64,000 nt of DNA, taken from contig NC_135258.1 of NCBI RefSeq assembly GCF_964204865.1, forward strand, positions 5,146,001-5,210,000, in the 5' to 3' direction. The notes below the pieces were generated by a model. The model saw only the letters and a program-made list of their open reading frames with translations, did no database searches and was not told where the DNA came from. Below are positions 23,575-36,404 of the stretch, piece by piece. How positions within the stretch are numbered: the stretch's first letter is position 1; each line of letters begins with the position of its first letter. A program made the position numbers and the translations under genes. The stretch comes from Styela clava. Lineage: Eukaryota.

Positions 23575-24130
23575 ATCGCCTTTGTATGTTTTATTACGAA
23601 CAAGACCGGTATTAGAACAACTCCCTATCCATCCTTCACAAACTATTGGGGATAGTTACAGAATTCTTTATATCTTATCTCACCTTTGAAAGACGCTCCT
23701 TCCACAAACAAAACTGAATAATCCACGCAACACAGCGCTGAGTAATAGTTAGGTACATTGTATGTTTATTTGAGAACATGACTGTTACCAAAACAACTCG
23801 CAATCCCTTTTTTACGATTCCCTGCTATTCGGGATAGTTCCAGAACTTTATCCTACCCGGCACCCGAAGAACGCTTCTTCAACAATCTAAACTGGACATT
23901 TTACGCAATGCATGCGCTGAGCATAGATAGGTAAACGCTTTGTATGTTTTATTTTGAACAAGACTGGTATCAAAACAACTCGCTATCCGCCCATCTTTTC
24001 TAATTTTCTGCTATTGAGGATAGTTCCAGACTTTTTTATATCCTATCCCACCTCTGAAAAGACGCATCTTCAGCAATCTGAACTGGGCAGTTTACACAAC
24101 ACAGCGCTGAGTAGTAGTTAGGTGCACGCC
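23575..24130. repeat. Diverged tandem array of about 180-bp units (3 copies)
   Basis: Recurring TTTGTATGTTTTATT...AAAACAACTCGC...GATAGTT.CAGAA...GACGCTTCTTC...GCAACACAGCGCTGAG..ATAGTTAGGT. Confidence 0.8.
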
Positions 24131-27100
24131 ACCTCGATCAGACACAGCTACACTTTAATATTGCGAAGGTGCACGCTTCATCGGTTTCCTAAGCCTCAGG
24201 CATTTCGGTTTATTTTATCGATCAGACTGATGACGTGACGCGCTTCCTATTCTTTGGTTTAACGACCAATATGTAACGAAGTGGATTGTATTGCGCTTGT
24301 TAAGAACTAATTAATTGGCAAACAAGTGAGCATTGGGAGAGATAAGTTCTTAATATCGGTCTATAATAGATGGGTTATTAATAGAGCAGAATTTAGACAA
24401 GACCGGTGTTGATACTTGATACATAATGATAATATACTCGGCATTTAGGTATTGGTGAGCATAGGCAGTGAATTAAGTTCTAAGCATGCTTTATTATTAA
24501 CAATGGACTTGGCATAATACAAATCGATATGTATGAATGGCGGATATTCTTGCCAAGTGTTTGAATTCTTGACAATATTTATTTAAGTGTATGTAGGTAG
24601 GCAAACAGGTTTTGTTTGGCGAGGTAAATAGATCAACGTACATTACCATGACGACGGACTTAAACAACCAAAGTCGATGCCCATGCTTTCTTATCAAAAA
24701 TGGACTTGGCAGAACATAAACCGACATGCATGAAGGGCGGATATGCTAGCCAGGTGTTTGAATTCTTGACAATATTTATCTAAGCGTATGTAGACAAACA
24801 GGTTTTGTTTGGCGAAGAAAATAAGTCAATAACTCAAACAACCAATTTCGATGTTGGGTCATACTATCGTGGCAATTGCAGCCTATTCAATGATTATTGT
24901 ATAGTATGATATATCAACATACCATACTTGTCTCATGCGAGGTGTACAACTCAACTTCAGCGTCCCTCGCGCAAAGTACGGGTCTGCTATTGCATCAGTG
25001 TATATAAGTTGACACACAGGCTTTCGAATGGTACGATGTGGAAATCGAAACCAACAGGCGACAACGTGAACCAATCTGCGCTGACTAAACAGCGCACCCG
25101 ATTAATCCTGAAACTTCAATTCCGTGGCGTAATCAGAAGTGCAAAAATGCGATGACAATCGCCGTGAAACGAAATCGGTGGATTTTGAAGCCATTATCAC
25201 GTCACTTGGTTTACAATCAAGCTTCGACTGTTATGTTAAGGGTAGTTAGCTAGTCATACATTTCCGCATAGTTTCTTCCGTAACTATTAGCTTTCTTATC
25301 AAAGAAGCACTGTGAAGAATATAAACCGACATGCATGAATGTCGGTTATTCTGGCCAGCTGTCTGAATTCTTGGCGATATTTATCAACGCGTACGCAAAC
25401 ACTTTTTGTTTGTCGAGGAAAACAGGTCAACAGGTAACTAAAACAAGGAAAATTGAAATAGAATTATGGTCTAACCCCAACCTGGAACACACACTACGGG
25501 AGTACCGTTGGCGGACAAAAAAAAAATAATCGGAAATTAGATTAAAAATTTTTGTCTGAACCGATTCGACAATTTACTATTCGATTTAAATTACACAGCC
25601 CTAGCTATTTCTAACTTTCTTAATTCGCCGGTTAAATTGAGGTCAAATTATACTGAGATAGACTCTTCAATATTACTCTTTACATTTATTTTTTGACTCT
25701 CTGACTTCAAAACGTAATAAATTTACGTTAGCTTTTCCGGGCTTAGTCTCAAATTCCGCCCAAATTTCTGAATATTGAATTAGGGCAATTCAAATTCATC
25801 TTGTTACTATAAATCTGACAAGGATTTTTAATTTCGCTTTTCAAGGTTTCAAAGTAAATTCCACAAACTAGTAAGTATTAATCTTGCAAAATCAGTTTAC
25901 TAAATCTGACAGTAATCTCATGCTAAAGAAGCATGCAAATTAATCTACGGTATATGAGTATAAATGGAATACAATTGCTGCAATACTAAAGCTACCAATT
26001 TCGAGATATAACAAGAAAATATACGTATATCTTATCAAATCTGTCATTGCGTCGTGGGAAAGGAAGCAATTGATTGTTTTTACATGCAATTGCGGCTTCT
26101 GAGAGCATTCATTTGTATATTGTTCTAATCGGAGCGACTAGAAATTACGGTCAATCGAATCTGTCAGAATATGCGGTGGGCCGACCAACTTTAAGTATTA
26201 TTGAGCGAAATATACACATTTTCAGTGGCGTACGGGCCACATCAATGTCCATCACATTAAAATTCCAATTACGACACACCTAAAACTCTTATTCCTACGT
26301 TAATTTCGAGTAATAGCAAATAATGTGCTTTCGCTTGCGCTAGTTACTATAACAGAAACGCTGTACAACAGCCGCTGTTGACATACCTCACGAGCTATTT
26401 TTGTTTTATGAACTGGGCCATCCTAAAACAGAAAAACGCAGAGTTTGGCACGCGGGGCCGCAGTTTGCTGACCACCGTGCTAAAAAATTGGCATACCCCT
26501 CAAATTGAAAGGACAGTTATAAGCATATCACTAATAACAAGTGATAAAAGCTCAAATATATGAAAACGAAGATCGAGCATCGGTACGGTTAAGGCGTAAC
26601 TAAATATATATTCATGCCAATTTATCCTAGAACAATATCCTAATCGTTGCACACCAGAACGAATCCAACGCATAGAGACCATATGTCACTTCAGAGCAAT
26701 TGGTCCACTTGTTTATGAGAAAAGCGATATTATTTATAACAATAAGAAGCTAAATACAGCAACAACAACAAAATAATAACAGAGCGATCCATATGTACAC
26801 TTCGTGGCCAAAATATTCGCCCCATGGGACTCGGAGGAAGTTGAAACAAAATTACTAGCCTTCTGGTGGCGTCAACCATTTTTAAGTGTTGATAAATTAT
26901 TATCGATTGGTAATTAGTCGAACGGGTAACAAAGCTCGAATATGCGACACGATCGCGCGATTTTTTCCAAACAACAACAAGGAAAACAGCCACATTATAA
27001 AAACGATCCACGTCGCGTTCAAAGAATTATCCGTTGTGATCGAGGATTTTAGTTGCTAATGGAGTTTATTATTATCGCCGAGTCTTTACTTCGTGATTTT

Positions 27101-30100
27101 GGATATTTATATTCATTAGCAATTCTTATACAGTGGAATGAAAATACTGACTTTCAGTCGTATACTTGGCCTTGCAACTTTCAATATACGAACGTTTGGC
27201 AATCTATTGGGTAATCCCGAAGTATGTCAACCGAGATGGCGGACACCGAGACGTAGTATTTGTAGCACGTTAGGGTTACCCCATAATTCCAGGTACGAAT
27301 ACTACGGGAGTCACTTGGCTAGTCTCCGAACCAGTAATAGAACTAGAATGAGGAAAATTGGAATAAAAGTATGGCCTATTTTTTATAGTAATATTCGGAA
27401 AACTTTGAATTAGCCCAAAAGTTTTTCTAATTCGTCATAAACATTTCGGCCTAAAATATTTAATTGCCCCGTTAATAATAATTGGCCCGTTAAAAACAAC
27501 CTAATTTGCCCTCAGGCAATATTACTTTGACAATAGAATTGTATTGCGCATGTTAAGGACTAATTAATTGGCAAGCAAATGAGTACTGTGGATGATAAAG
27601 TGGCAGTTACGGGTCTATAATAGATGGGTTGTTAATAGAGCAGAATTTAGACAAGACCGGTGGTAATACTTGATACATCATAATAATAATATTATACATA
27701 ATAATAGTAATAATATAACCAGCATTTAGCTGTTGGTGAGCATAGGCAGTGAATTAAGTTCTATTCATGCTTTATTACTAAAAAAGGACTTGGCATAATA
27801 TGAATCGATATGTATAAATGGCGGATATTCTTGCCAAGTGTTTGAATTCTTGGCAATATTTATCTAAGTGTATGTAGGCAAACAGGTTTTGTTCGGCAAG
27901 GCAAATATATCAGTATATACCTGGACGAACTAAAAAACCAAGGTCGCTTTCCTATCAAAAAATGGACTTGGCACTTGAACACCCGAGGGCTTCAATTCCG
28001 TAGCGTCAACAAAAGTTCAGAAATGCGATAGCAATCGCCATGAAATAAAATTGCTGGATTTTAAAGCCTTTATCGCGTGGTTTACACTTAAGCTTTGAAT
28101 GTTATGTTAAGGGTACTTATCTAGTCATACATTTCCGCATAGTCACTTCAGCTGGATTGTTAATCGGATAATATGTCACAGAGTTTGCTTTGAATCGGCG
28201 ATAGTTTAGGTTGAATATTTTATTGGCTTTTATCTCTTTGTCGGAGTATGAAAATCGATGAATTTTTAGGCCTTTATCACGTGTTTTACGTCTCAGCTTC
28301 AAATGTTATGTCAAAGGCACTTATCTAGTCATACATTTCTGCATAATTACTTCCGCAACTATGAGCTTTCCTACCAAAGATGCACTGTAAAGGATATAAA
28401 CCGACATGCGTGAATGTCGGTTATTCTGGCCGGCTGCTTGAATTTTTGACAATATTTATCTAAGCGTATGTAGACAAACAGGTTTTGTATGGCCTTACCG
28501 TCGTGGGATTAATACGATAGATCATCATTCCATAATTATCTCATGCTAGGGGTACATGTAATTAAATCTAACACGAAGCGAACTATTATAAATGTAATGC
28601 CGCAGCCAGGGCTTTGAAATTTCCAGCCGGCATGGTAATTTTTAAAACCCCGAAAACAGAAATTAGCGGTAAGCTGGTTAAAATGACTCGAAAAGAACAC
28701 CAGAAACATATGGTGATATTAATAATGAACCATTGCTCTATACAGTAATCACGGATAATGTTAACATTTGGTTAATATTGTATAATCAATGTAATGAGCG
28801 TTTTTACCATATTCCCTTTCAAAAATACAGATAGTATCCCATCTTGTGGCAATCGTATCTTATTTTGAAATCTCGTTAACTCAGGAGTCAGTACTATTCT
28901 GACTTCGCCACAAGAGGAACGCATTGAGCCACAACTGGTCAGAATAATCATAACCTAATGTAAACGAAGCGAACTTGCTCTTTCTAGGGGTGAATATTTT
29001 CGAAAACATGATGATTCCAGAATCGAATCTCGAATACTTTTTATGGTAATGGGTCCTTGGCTATAACACAGACAGTCCCCGAACCCGTAATATAACTAAA
29101 ACAAGGAAAATTGAAATAGAATTATGATCTAACCCTAACCTGGAACACACACTACGGGAGTACCTTTGGCGGACAAAAAAAAAAAAATAATCGGAAATTA
29201 GATTAAATTTTTTTGTCTGAACCGATTCGACAATTTACTATTCGATTTAAATTACACAGCCCTAGCTATTTCTAACTTTCTTAATTCGCCGGTTAAATTG
29301 AGGTCAAATTATACTGAGATCGACTCTCCAATATTACTCTTTACATTTATTTTTTGACTCTCTGACTTCAAAACGTAATAAATTTACGTTGGTTTTTCCG
29401 GGCTTAGTCTCAAATTCCGCCCAAATTTCTGAATATTGAATTAGGGCAATTCAAATTCATCTTGTTACTATAAATCTGACAAGGATTTTTAATTTCGCTT
29501 TTCAAGGTTTCAAAATAAATCCCACAAACTAGTAAATATAAATCTTGCAAAATCAGTTCACTAAATCTGACAGTAATCTCATGCTAAAGAAGCACGCAAA
29601 TTAATCTACGGTATATATGTATAAATGGAATACAATTGCTGCAATACTAAAGCTACCAATTTCGAGATATAACAAGAAAATATACGTATATCTTATCAAA
29701 TCTGTCATTGCGTCGTGGGAAAGGAAGCAATTTATTGTTTTTACATGCAATTGCGGCTTCTGAGAGCATTCATTTGTATATTGTTCTAATCGGAGGGACT
29801 AGAAATTACGGTCAATCGAATCTGTCAGAATATGCGGTGGGCCGACCAACTTTAAGTACTATTGAGCGAAATATACACATTTTCAGTGGCGTACGGGCCA
29901 CATCAATATCCGTCACATTAAAATTCCAATTATGACACACCTAAAACTCTTATTCCTACGTTAATTTCGAGTAATAGCAAATAATGTGCTTGCGCTAGTT
30001 ACTATAACAGAAACGCTGTACAACAGCCGCTGTTGACATACCGCACGAGCTATTTTTGTTTTATGAACTGAAAACGAGGCCATCCTAAAATAGAAAAACG

Positions 30101-31177
30101 CAGAGTTTGGCACGCGGGGCCGCAGTTTGCTGACCACCGTGCTAAAAAATTGGCATACCCCTCAAATTGAAAGGACAGTTATAAGCATTTCACTAATAAC
30201 AAGTGATAAAAGCTCAAATATATGAAAACGAAGATCGAGCATCGGTACGGTTAAGGCGTAACTAAATATATATTCATGACAATTTAAATATACCGATATC
30301 CCAATCGTTGCACACCAGAACGAATTTAACGCATAGAGACCATAGATCACTTCAGAGCAATTGGTCCTCTTGTTTATGACATTCCAGTTTTTAATCGTTC
30401 TCGAACAACGATTTTAATAATATAATTCGGCTATGACGTTCATCTAAATTACTTAACAAGAATTAATATTAAGAATCTTTTACAAACGTATCCATGTCAA
30501 ATTATCCCGTAGGGCAGAAAGTACCGTTCACAAAGTGTATATAAGCCTATGAAAAATCTACTTTGACAACCAGCGGTGTTGATACACACATTTTTCACTG
30601 GAATGTCAAACTAATATTGTCTGAGGGCAAATTAGGTTGTTTTTAACGGGCCAATTATTATTAACGGGGCAATTAAATATTTTAGGCCGAAATGTTTATG
30701 ACGAATTAGAAAAACTTGTGGGCTAATTCAAAGTTTTCCGAATATTACTATAAAAAATACTGTATAAATAACTACTATTCCCTACACACATACTTCGGGA
30801 GTCTACGGAGATGACGCACATGCCAAAGTTTAAAAAATGCGACCCCCTTGATAGTTGGTTAACAATTTGTAATGACTGTTTTCAAAATGAGATACTTCTG
30901 CCTTATTATTTGAGTGAAAATACCAGTTTCAGTTATTTTTTAAACTGAAATTATAACATTTTTTGATTACAACTTTGCGGCTTTTGTAACCATTTCCAAA
31001 CGGCGCCAAGGGCACCAGCCATGGCTGCCACACCCTAGATACGTCACTCAGTCCACATAAAATCAATGTAATTGAAACTTGTTAATAAATCTCTGTCTTT
31101 CGCTTTCCTAATGTTACTTAGAATCACAGACATTCGGAATCGAATCTTGGTCAAACTATGCTATTTGTTTTATATTG

Positions 31178-32040
31178 CCTTTGTATGTTTTATTACGAAC
31201 AAGACCGGTATCAAAACAACTCCCTATGCATCTTTCACAATCCCTACTATTATGGATAGGTACAGAATTCTTTATATCTTATCTCACCTCTGAAAGACGC
31301 TCCTTCTACAAACAAAACTGAATAATCCACGCAACACAGCGCTGAGTAATAGTTAGGTACTACAAAACAACTCGCTATCCACCCATCCTTTACAATTCCC
31401 TGCTATTAGGGAGTGTTACAGAATTCTATATGTCCAACCCCACCCCTAAGAGACGCTTCTTCAACAATCTGAACTGGACAATTTACGCAACACAGCTCTT
31501 TGTGTGTTATATTATGAACAAGACAGCTACCAAAGCAATCCATATTTTACAATTCCGCGCTATTTGAGATAGTTACAGAATTTTCTCCTATCCCGCCCCT
31601 GAAAGACGCTTCTTCGACAATTTAAACTGGACAATTTACGCAACACAGCGCTGAGCAGTAGGTATATACACGATTTGTATGTTTTATTTATGGACAAAAC
31701 TGTTACCAAAACGACCTGCTATCCATTCATATTTTTTAATTCCATGCCATTGCGAATAGTTACAGAATTCTTTCTATCCTATAAAACTGCATCTTCGACA
31801 ATCTAATCTGGACATTTTGAGCAACAGCGCTGAGCAATAGTTAGGTACACGCTTTGTATGTTTTATTAAGAACATGACTGCTACCAAAACAACTCGCAAT
31901 CCCTTTTTTACAACTCCCTGCTATTCGGGATAGTTGCAGAACTTTATCCTACTCGGCACCCTGAAAAATACGCTTCTTCAACTATCTGAATCGGACAATT
32001 TACGCAACATAGTGCTGAGCAATAGTTAGGTAAACGCTGT
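31178..32040. repeat. Same approximately 180-bp array, about 5 copies
   Basis: Same unit as 23575-24130, with a larger copy number in this duplicate. Confidence 0.8.
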
Positions 32041-34944
32041 CTCGATCGGGCATAGCGATACCTCAATATTGTGAAAGTGCACGCTTCAATGGTTTACTAA
32101 GCCTCGGGCAATTCGGTTTATTTTATCGATCAGACTGATGACGTGACGCGCTTCCTATTCTTTGGTTTATCGGCCAATATGGAATGAAATAGAATTGTAT
32201 TGCGCATGTTAAGGACTAATTAATTGGCAAGCAAATGAGTACTATGGATGATAAAGTGGCAGTTACGGGTCTATAATAGATGGGTTGTTAATAGAGCAGA
32301 ATTTAGACAAGACCGGTGGTAATACTTGATACATCATAATAATAATATTATACATAATAATAGTAATAATATAACCAGCATTTAGGTATTGGTGAGCATA
32401 GGCAGTGAATTAAGTTCTATGCATGCTTTATTATTAAAAATGGACTTGGCATAATATAAATCGATATGTATAAATGGCGGATATTCTTGCCAAGTGTTTG
32501 AATTCTTGGCAATATTTATCTAAGTGTATGTAGGCAAACAGGTTTTGTTTGGCAAGGAAACTATATCAGTATATACCTGGACGAACTAAAAAACCAAGGT
32601 CGCTTTCTTATAAAAAAAAATGGACTTGGCACTTGGCAGAATATAAACCGACATGCATGAAGGGTGGATATTCTGGCCAAGTGTTTGAATTCTTGACAAT
32701 ATTTATCTGAGCGTATGTAGTGTATGTAGTTAAACAGCGTTTGTTTGGCGAGAAGAATAGGTCAATAACTCAAACAAGCAATTTCGATGTTGGGTCATGT
32801 TATCATGGCAACTGCAGCCCATTTAATGATTATTGTATAATATGATAGATGAACAATCCATGCTTATTTTATTCGAGGGTTACAACTCGACTCGAGCGGC
32901 CTCTTGCATCCGTAATAACTTAACCAGCGTGCAATACTCGTACAATACACGTGGATATCGAAACCAATCGGCGACAACTTAAACAAATCTGCGCTGACTA
33001 AACTTCGCACCCGATGAACACCCGAGGGCTTCAATTCCGTAGCGTAGTCAAAGATGCAGAAATACGATGCCAATCGTCGTGAAAAGAAATGGCTGGAATT
33101 TGAAGCATCTATCACGTGGTTTACACCTAAGCTTCGAATGTGATGTTAATGGTACTTATCTAGTCATACATTTCTCATAGTCAATCCCTTATATCAGCTT
33201 GGTTGTTAATCAGATAATAGGTGTTAGTTTGCCTTGAATCGGCGTTCAAGTTTTTCCCATGGTTGAACATTATATTGGATTTTTATTTCTTTTTCGGAAT
33301 ATGAAAATCTCATTCTCCTTATTGCTTAATCATCTACGATCATACTTAGTTTTGGGTGTGCAATAAATTCCGGCACAAATACTACGGGAGTCACTTGGCT
33401 AGTTCCCAAACTCGTAATAGAACTAGAATAAGGAAAATTGGAATAAAATTATGGCCTAACCTGGTACACATACTATGTTCGGGTGTCCGCCATCTTGGTT
33501 CACATACTACCCTATATCGACTGCTTCCTAGAGCGAAAAGCGTATAGAACAGTTTCTTTAAACTTATTGGTGGAGAAAAACCCCAATAAAACATTTCATA
33601 GGCTGGTAGACCGCTGCGCAAAAGTTAAATGGAATATACTATAAATGTGTATAAAAACAAATCTAATACTCAATGATCTTTAATGTGTAGCGGGTGTAAT
33701 AACAAGTTTGACGCCGCAAATCAATGTCAGAATCTAATTAGTTACTTATTATATTGCATAAGGTTTCTGACTCACGCAATTCATCTCTGTCTGTCAACAT
33801 TGTCAGCAATTGCTATTTTGAATTGACTTTCAATCTAGACAGAGAAAGTCGGGGCAAGCTTATCGGTCTGCGTGCAGGTTATAGTTTAAATAGATATTAG
33901 TTGTAGAAAGCCCACGCCGCTAATGCGAAAATGTGAGATTTGGGACACCCCCGCCACGTTTTGAGCTCTGCACATTGCGCTCACCACGTTAGCGGGGTAT
34001 TATTTTTGGCGGGGACTTTCTTCGAAAGACCCCAGATATTCACCACTGTGACAATCTTTTCGGTCTATTGGGTGAATATGTTGAATGGTCATGCATGAGA
34101 ATTAATTGAATTGGGCTTTTGATATGATGATGATAGCTCTTAGTTTTTCTTTTGGTTCCACCAAATCTAAATTCCAACCATCGGCAAATTACATCACTTT
34201 AATAACATCCGTTGTGTTTTATTTATCCGTTGCTTTATTTATCCGTTGTGCTTCGATATGTGATATATGATTGTCATGTATCAATCGATATATGCTTGCG
34301 TTTCTATTTGTATCTGTATAGTGAATGTGTATTTATATATCTGTTCGATGCATCGTTTATTAGGGCGATCTTAAGTAGTTTGTCAGGTGTAAATAACAAA
34401 AACAATTCTGAACAATCCTAAGTGATTCGAAACGTTACAGAATTATATTTGTGTTAGTGTGCAGCAGGACTTTTGATTCACTTAGGATAGTTAACTTTAC
34501 CCTTGCTACTGCATCCATACATTATATGCATACGAATCCAGAGGCACAAAAGCATAGAAGAATGATAAGTAGTTAGTCCCGCAGAAACCAAATCATTAGC
34601 GCAATTCTGACAAAATAATTTTACAATATTTTTAACAGTATCAATTGCAAAGATGAATTGTTTTGTTGATCGATCACGGCGTGTGCGTCTCGACGGTCGT
34701 GCGCATCCACAAAAGTATAAAGTAGAAACAATTTAGGTATTTGATATTTAAACCTAAAGACATTCAAAAAGATAGTTGAAGCGAAATTTGGGATATATTA
34801 CTGCTGGAGACAGTCTTTAGTTATGGTTACAGCGTTTTGTTACTGTAACTGAAATTAAGTATTTTCGCAAACTTTATTAAAGAAATTGGGTTTATAGGAT
34901 TTAAGAACACGGTCCTCAGTGTTATAACAAGTCTTCCTTTAGAT

Positions 34945-35395
34945 CTGGGGTGAGCAACCTTTTGTCGCTCGCGGGCCAAAATTAAGGGTCGCTGGCGGGC
35001 CGCACTGATGATACTTTTTATAGTAAAAATCAAGCAGTGATACATCTCTCAAAGAGAATATAAATTTATTTCCTCATTGCATTGCACGTCCAAATATTCC
35101 ATTTGAATATTTTCGGCGCCATTGAACCCTTTGCACTTAGCATCAACTTTTCCGTGTTTTGTTGCCGTTTATCTAATTATAATTAAACTATAGGCTCATT
35201 AAACGAGTAATTGTGAATTATATACTTGTTAGGTTATTATGAAATAGTTTTGTCTACACTTGTCTCACAATAAATTCTGTTACTTAAAAAGTATAATCGC
35301 CAAAACAGCCCAAAACGCTGTTTTGTTACTATAATTCAGTTAAGTGTCGCGGGCCGGATTATATTACTCCGTGTGTCGTAGGTTGCCGACCCCTG
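34945..35395. mobile_element. hAT (Charlie-type) MITE
   Basis: Ends CTGGGGTGAGCAACCT / AGGTTGCCGACCCCTG and perfect TSD CTTTAGAT. Confidence 0.88.
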
Positions 35396-35673
35396 CTTTA
35401 GATGTTTTTACTCGATCTGAGAATATGCAAGCGTCACTCACGGGTTTTCGTTATTTGTTATATTTCTTATGAAGAACGTCAGCCGTCTTTATGTATTATG
35501 TATAAAGAAAAAAAATAGAAATTGGCCAATAGAATATTACTACGTAGGTGATGCACGCGGTGTTTATTGAAACATTCATTGCAATGAACATTTGCGAACT
35601 TCCAAGTCAAAATATAGAAAGAGATGTGTTAATTAACCGTTAATTTTTACTGTGATAGTACTGTGTTATATTG

Positions 35674-36111
35674 CAGGAGTGGCCAACCAGCCTTCGACCG
35701 CGATCGGCTAAAATGTTAATAATAGCTCGCGATCGACTGATCGATAATAAGGTCGTACACAAAAACGAATGGGTACTGAATATGCAGATAACTGCACACG
35801 CGCAAACAAAACCTCTGCGGCCAATAAGCTCGGCTCTGTGTGCGCATTTTTAATAAATCGTTTTTTACGTAATGATATGCTTTAAGGGGCTTTCCCAGAC
35901 TTAAATACTGTATGTGTATATCATATTTAGCGCTTGTAGGCTACAATACTGTATTCGTCCTTTTTCAAAACATAAAATAGGCGCTGCATGAAACTAGTTC
36001 AAGTCAATTTTTAAGTGTATGTTATTAAATTCAATCAACCTCAGACGCGATTGACTACTCGAGACGTGGCAATCGACCGGTCGATGGCGGTCGACGTGTT
36101 GGCAATGCCTG
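35674..36111. mobile_element. hAT-type MITE, old copy
   Basis: Ends CAGGAGTGGCCAAC / GTTGGCAATGCCTG with subterminal CGATCGA/TCGACCG motifs. No intact TSD. Confidence 0.55.
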
Positions 36112-36404
36112 AAAGTGTTCTTCTGGGTCGTTTGCAAATTAAAATCTCAATCACCTTCAGAACGTTGACAAACCTTGTTACATTGCATCCATGACCTGTT
36201 CTCACTGAAACGGAGCCATACCCATATAATATGATTTCCTTTACCATTTATCTAACAGATTTGCTTATAAATATTCAGATTAATCAATTGAATAGAGAGT
36301 TTAATAGTTCAATATCGGCAAGAGGACCAGATGGTTAATTCAATTGCAAGTTTTATAGTGCAAGATTGACGAGAGTCGCGGCTTTTGAACAGCAAATAAC
36401 AGCC

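Larger units (their letters stand above)
21191..33350. repeat. Mosaic segmental triplication
   Basis: About 21191-24290 matches 28794-32200. 25435-26717 matches 21492-22778. 27531-28270 matches pieces of 32190-33300. 27376-27530 is an inverted copy of about 23000-23158. Confidence 0.9.

Noticed and set aside
36366-36404. Upstream TTG start for the transporter
   Set aside because: The ATG at 36405 in good context (acagccATG) is the plausible eukaryotic start.
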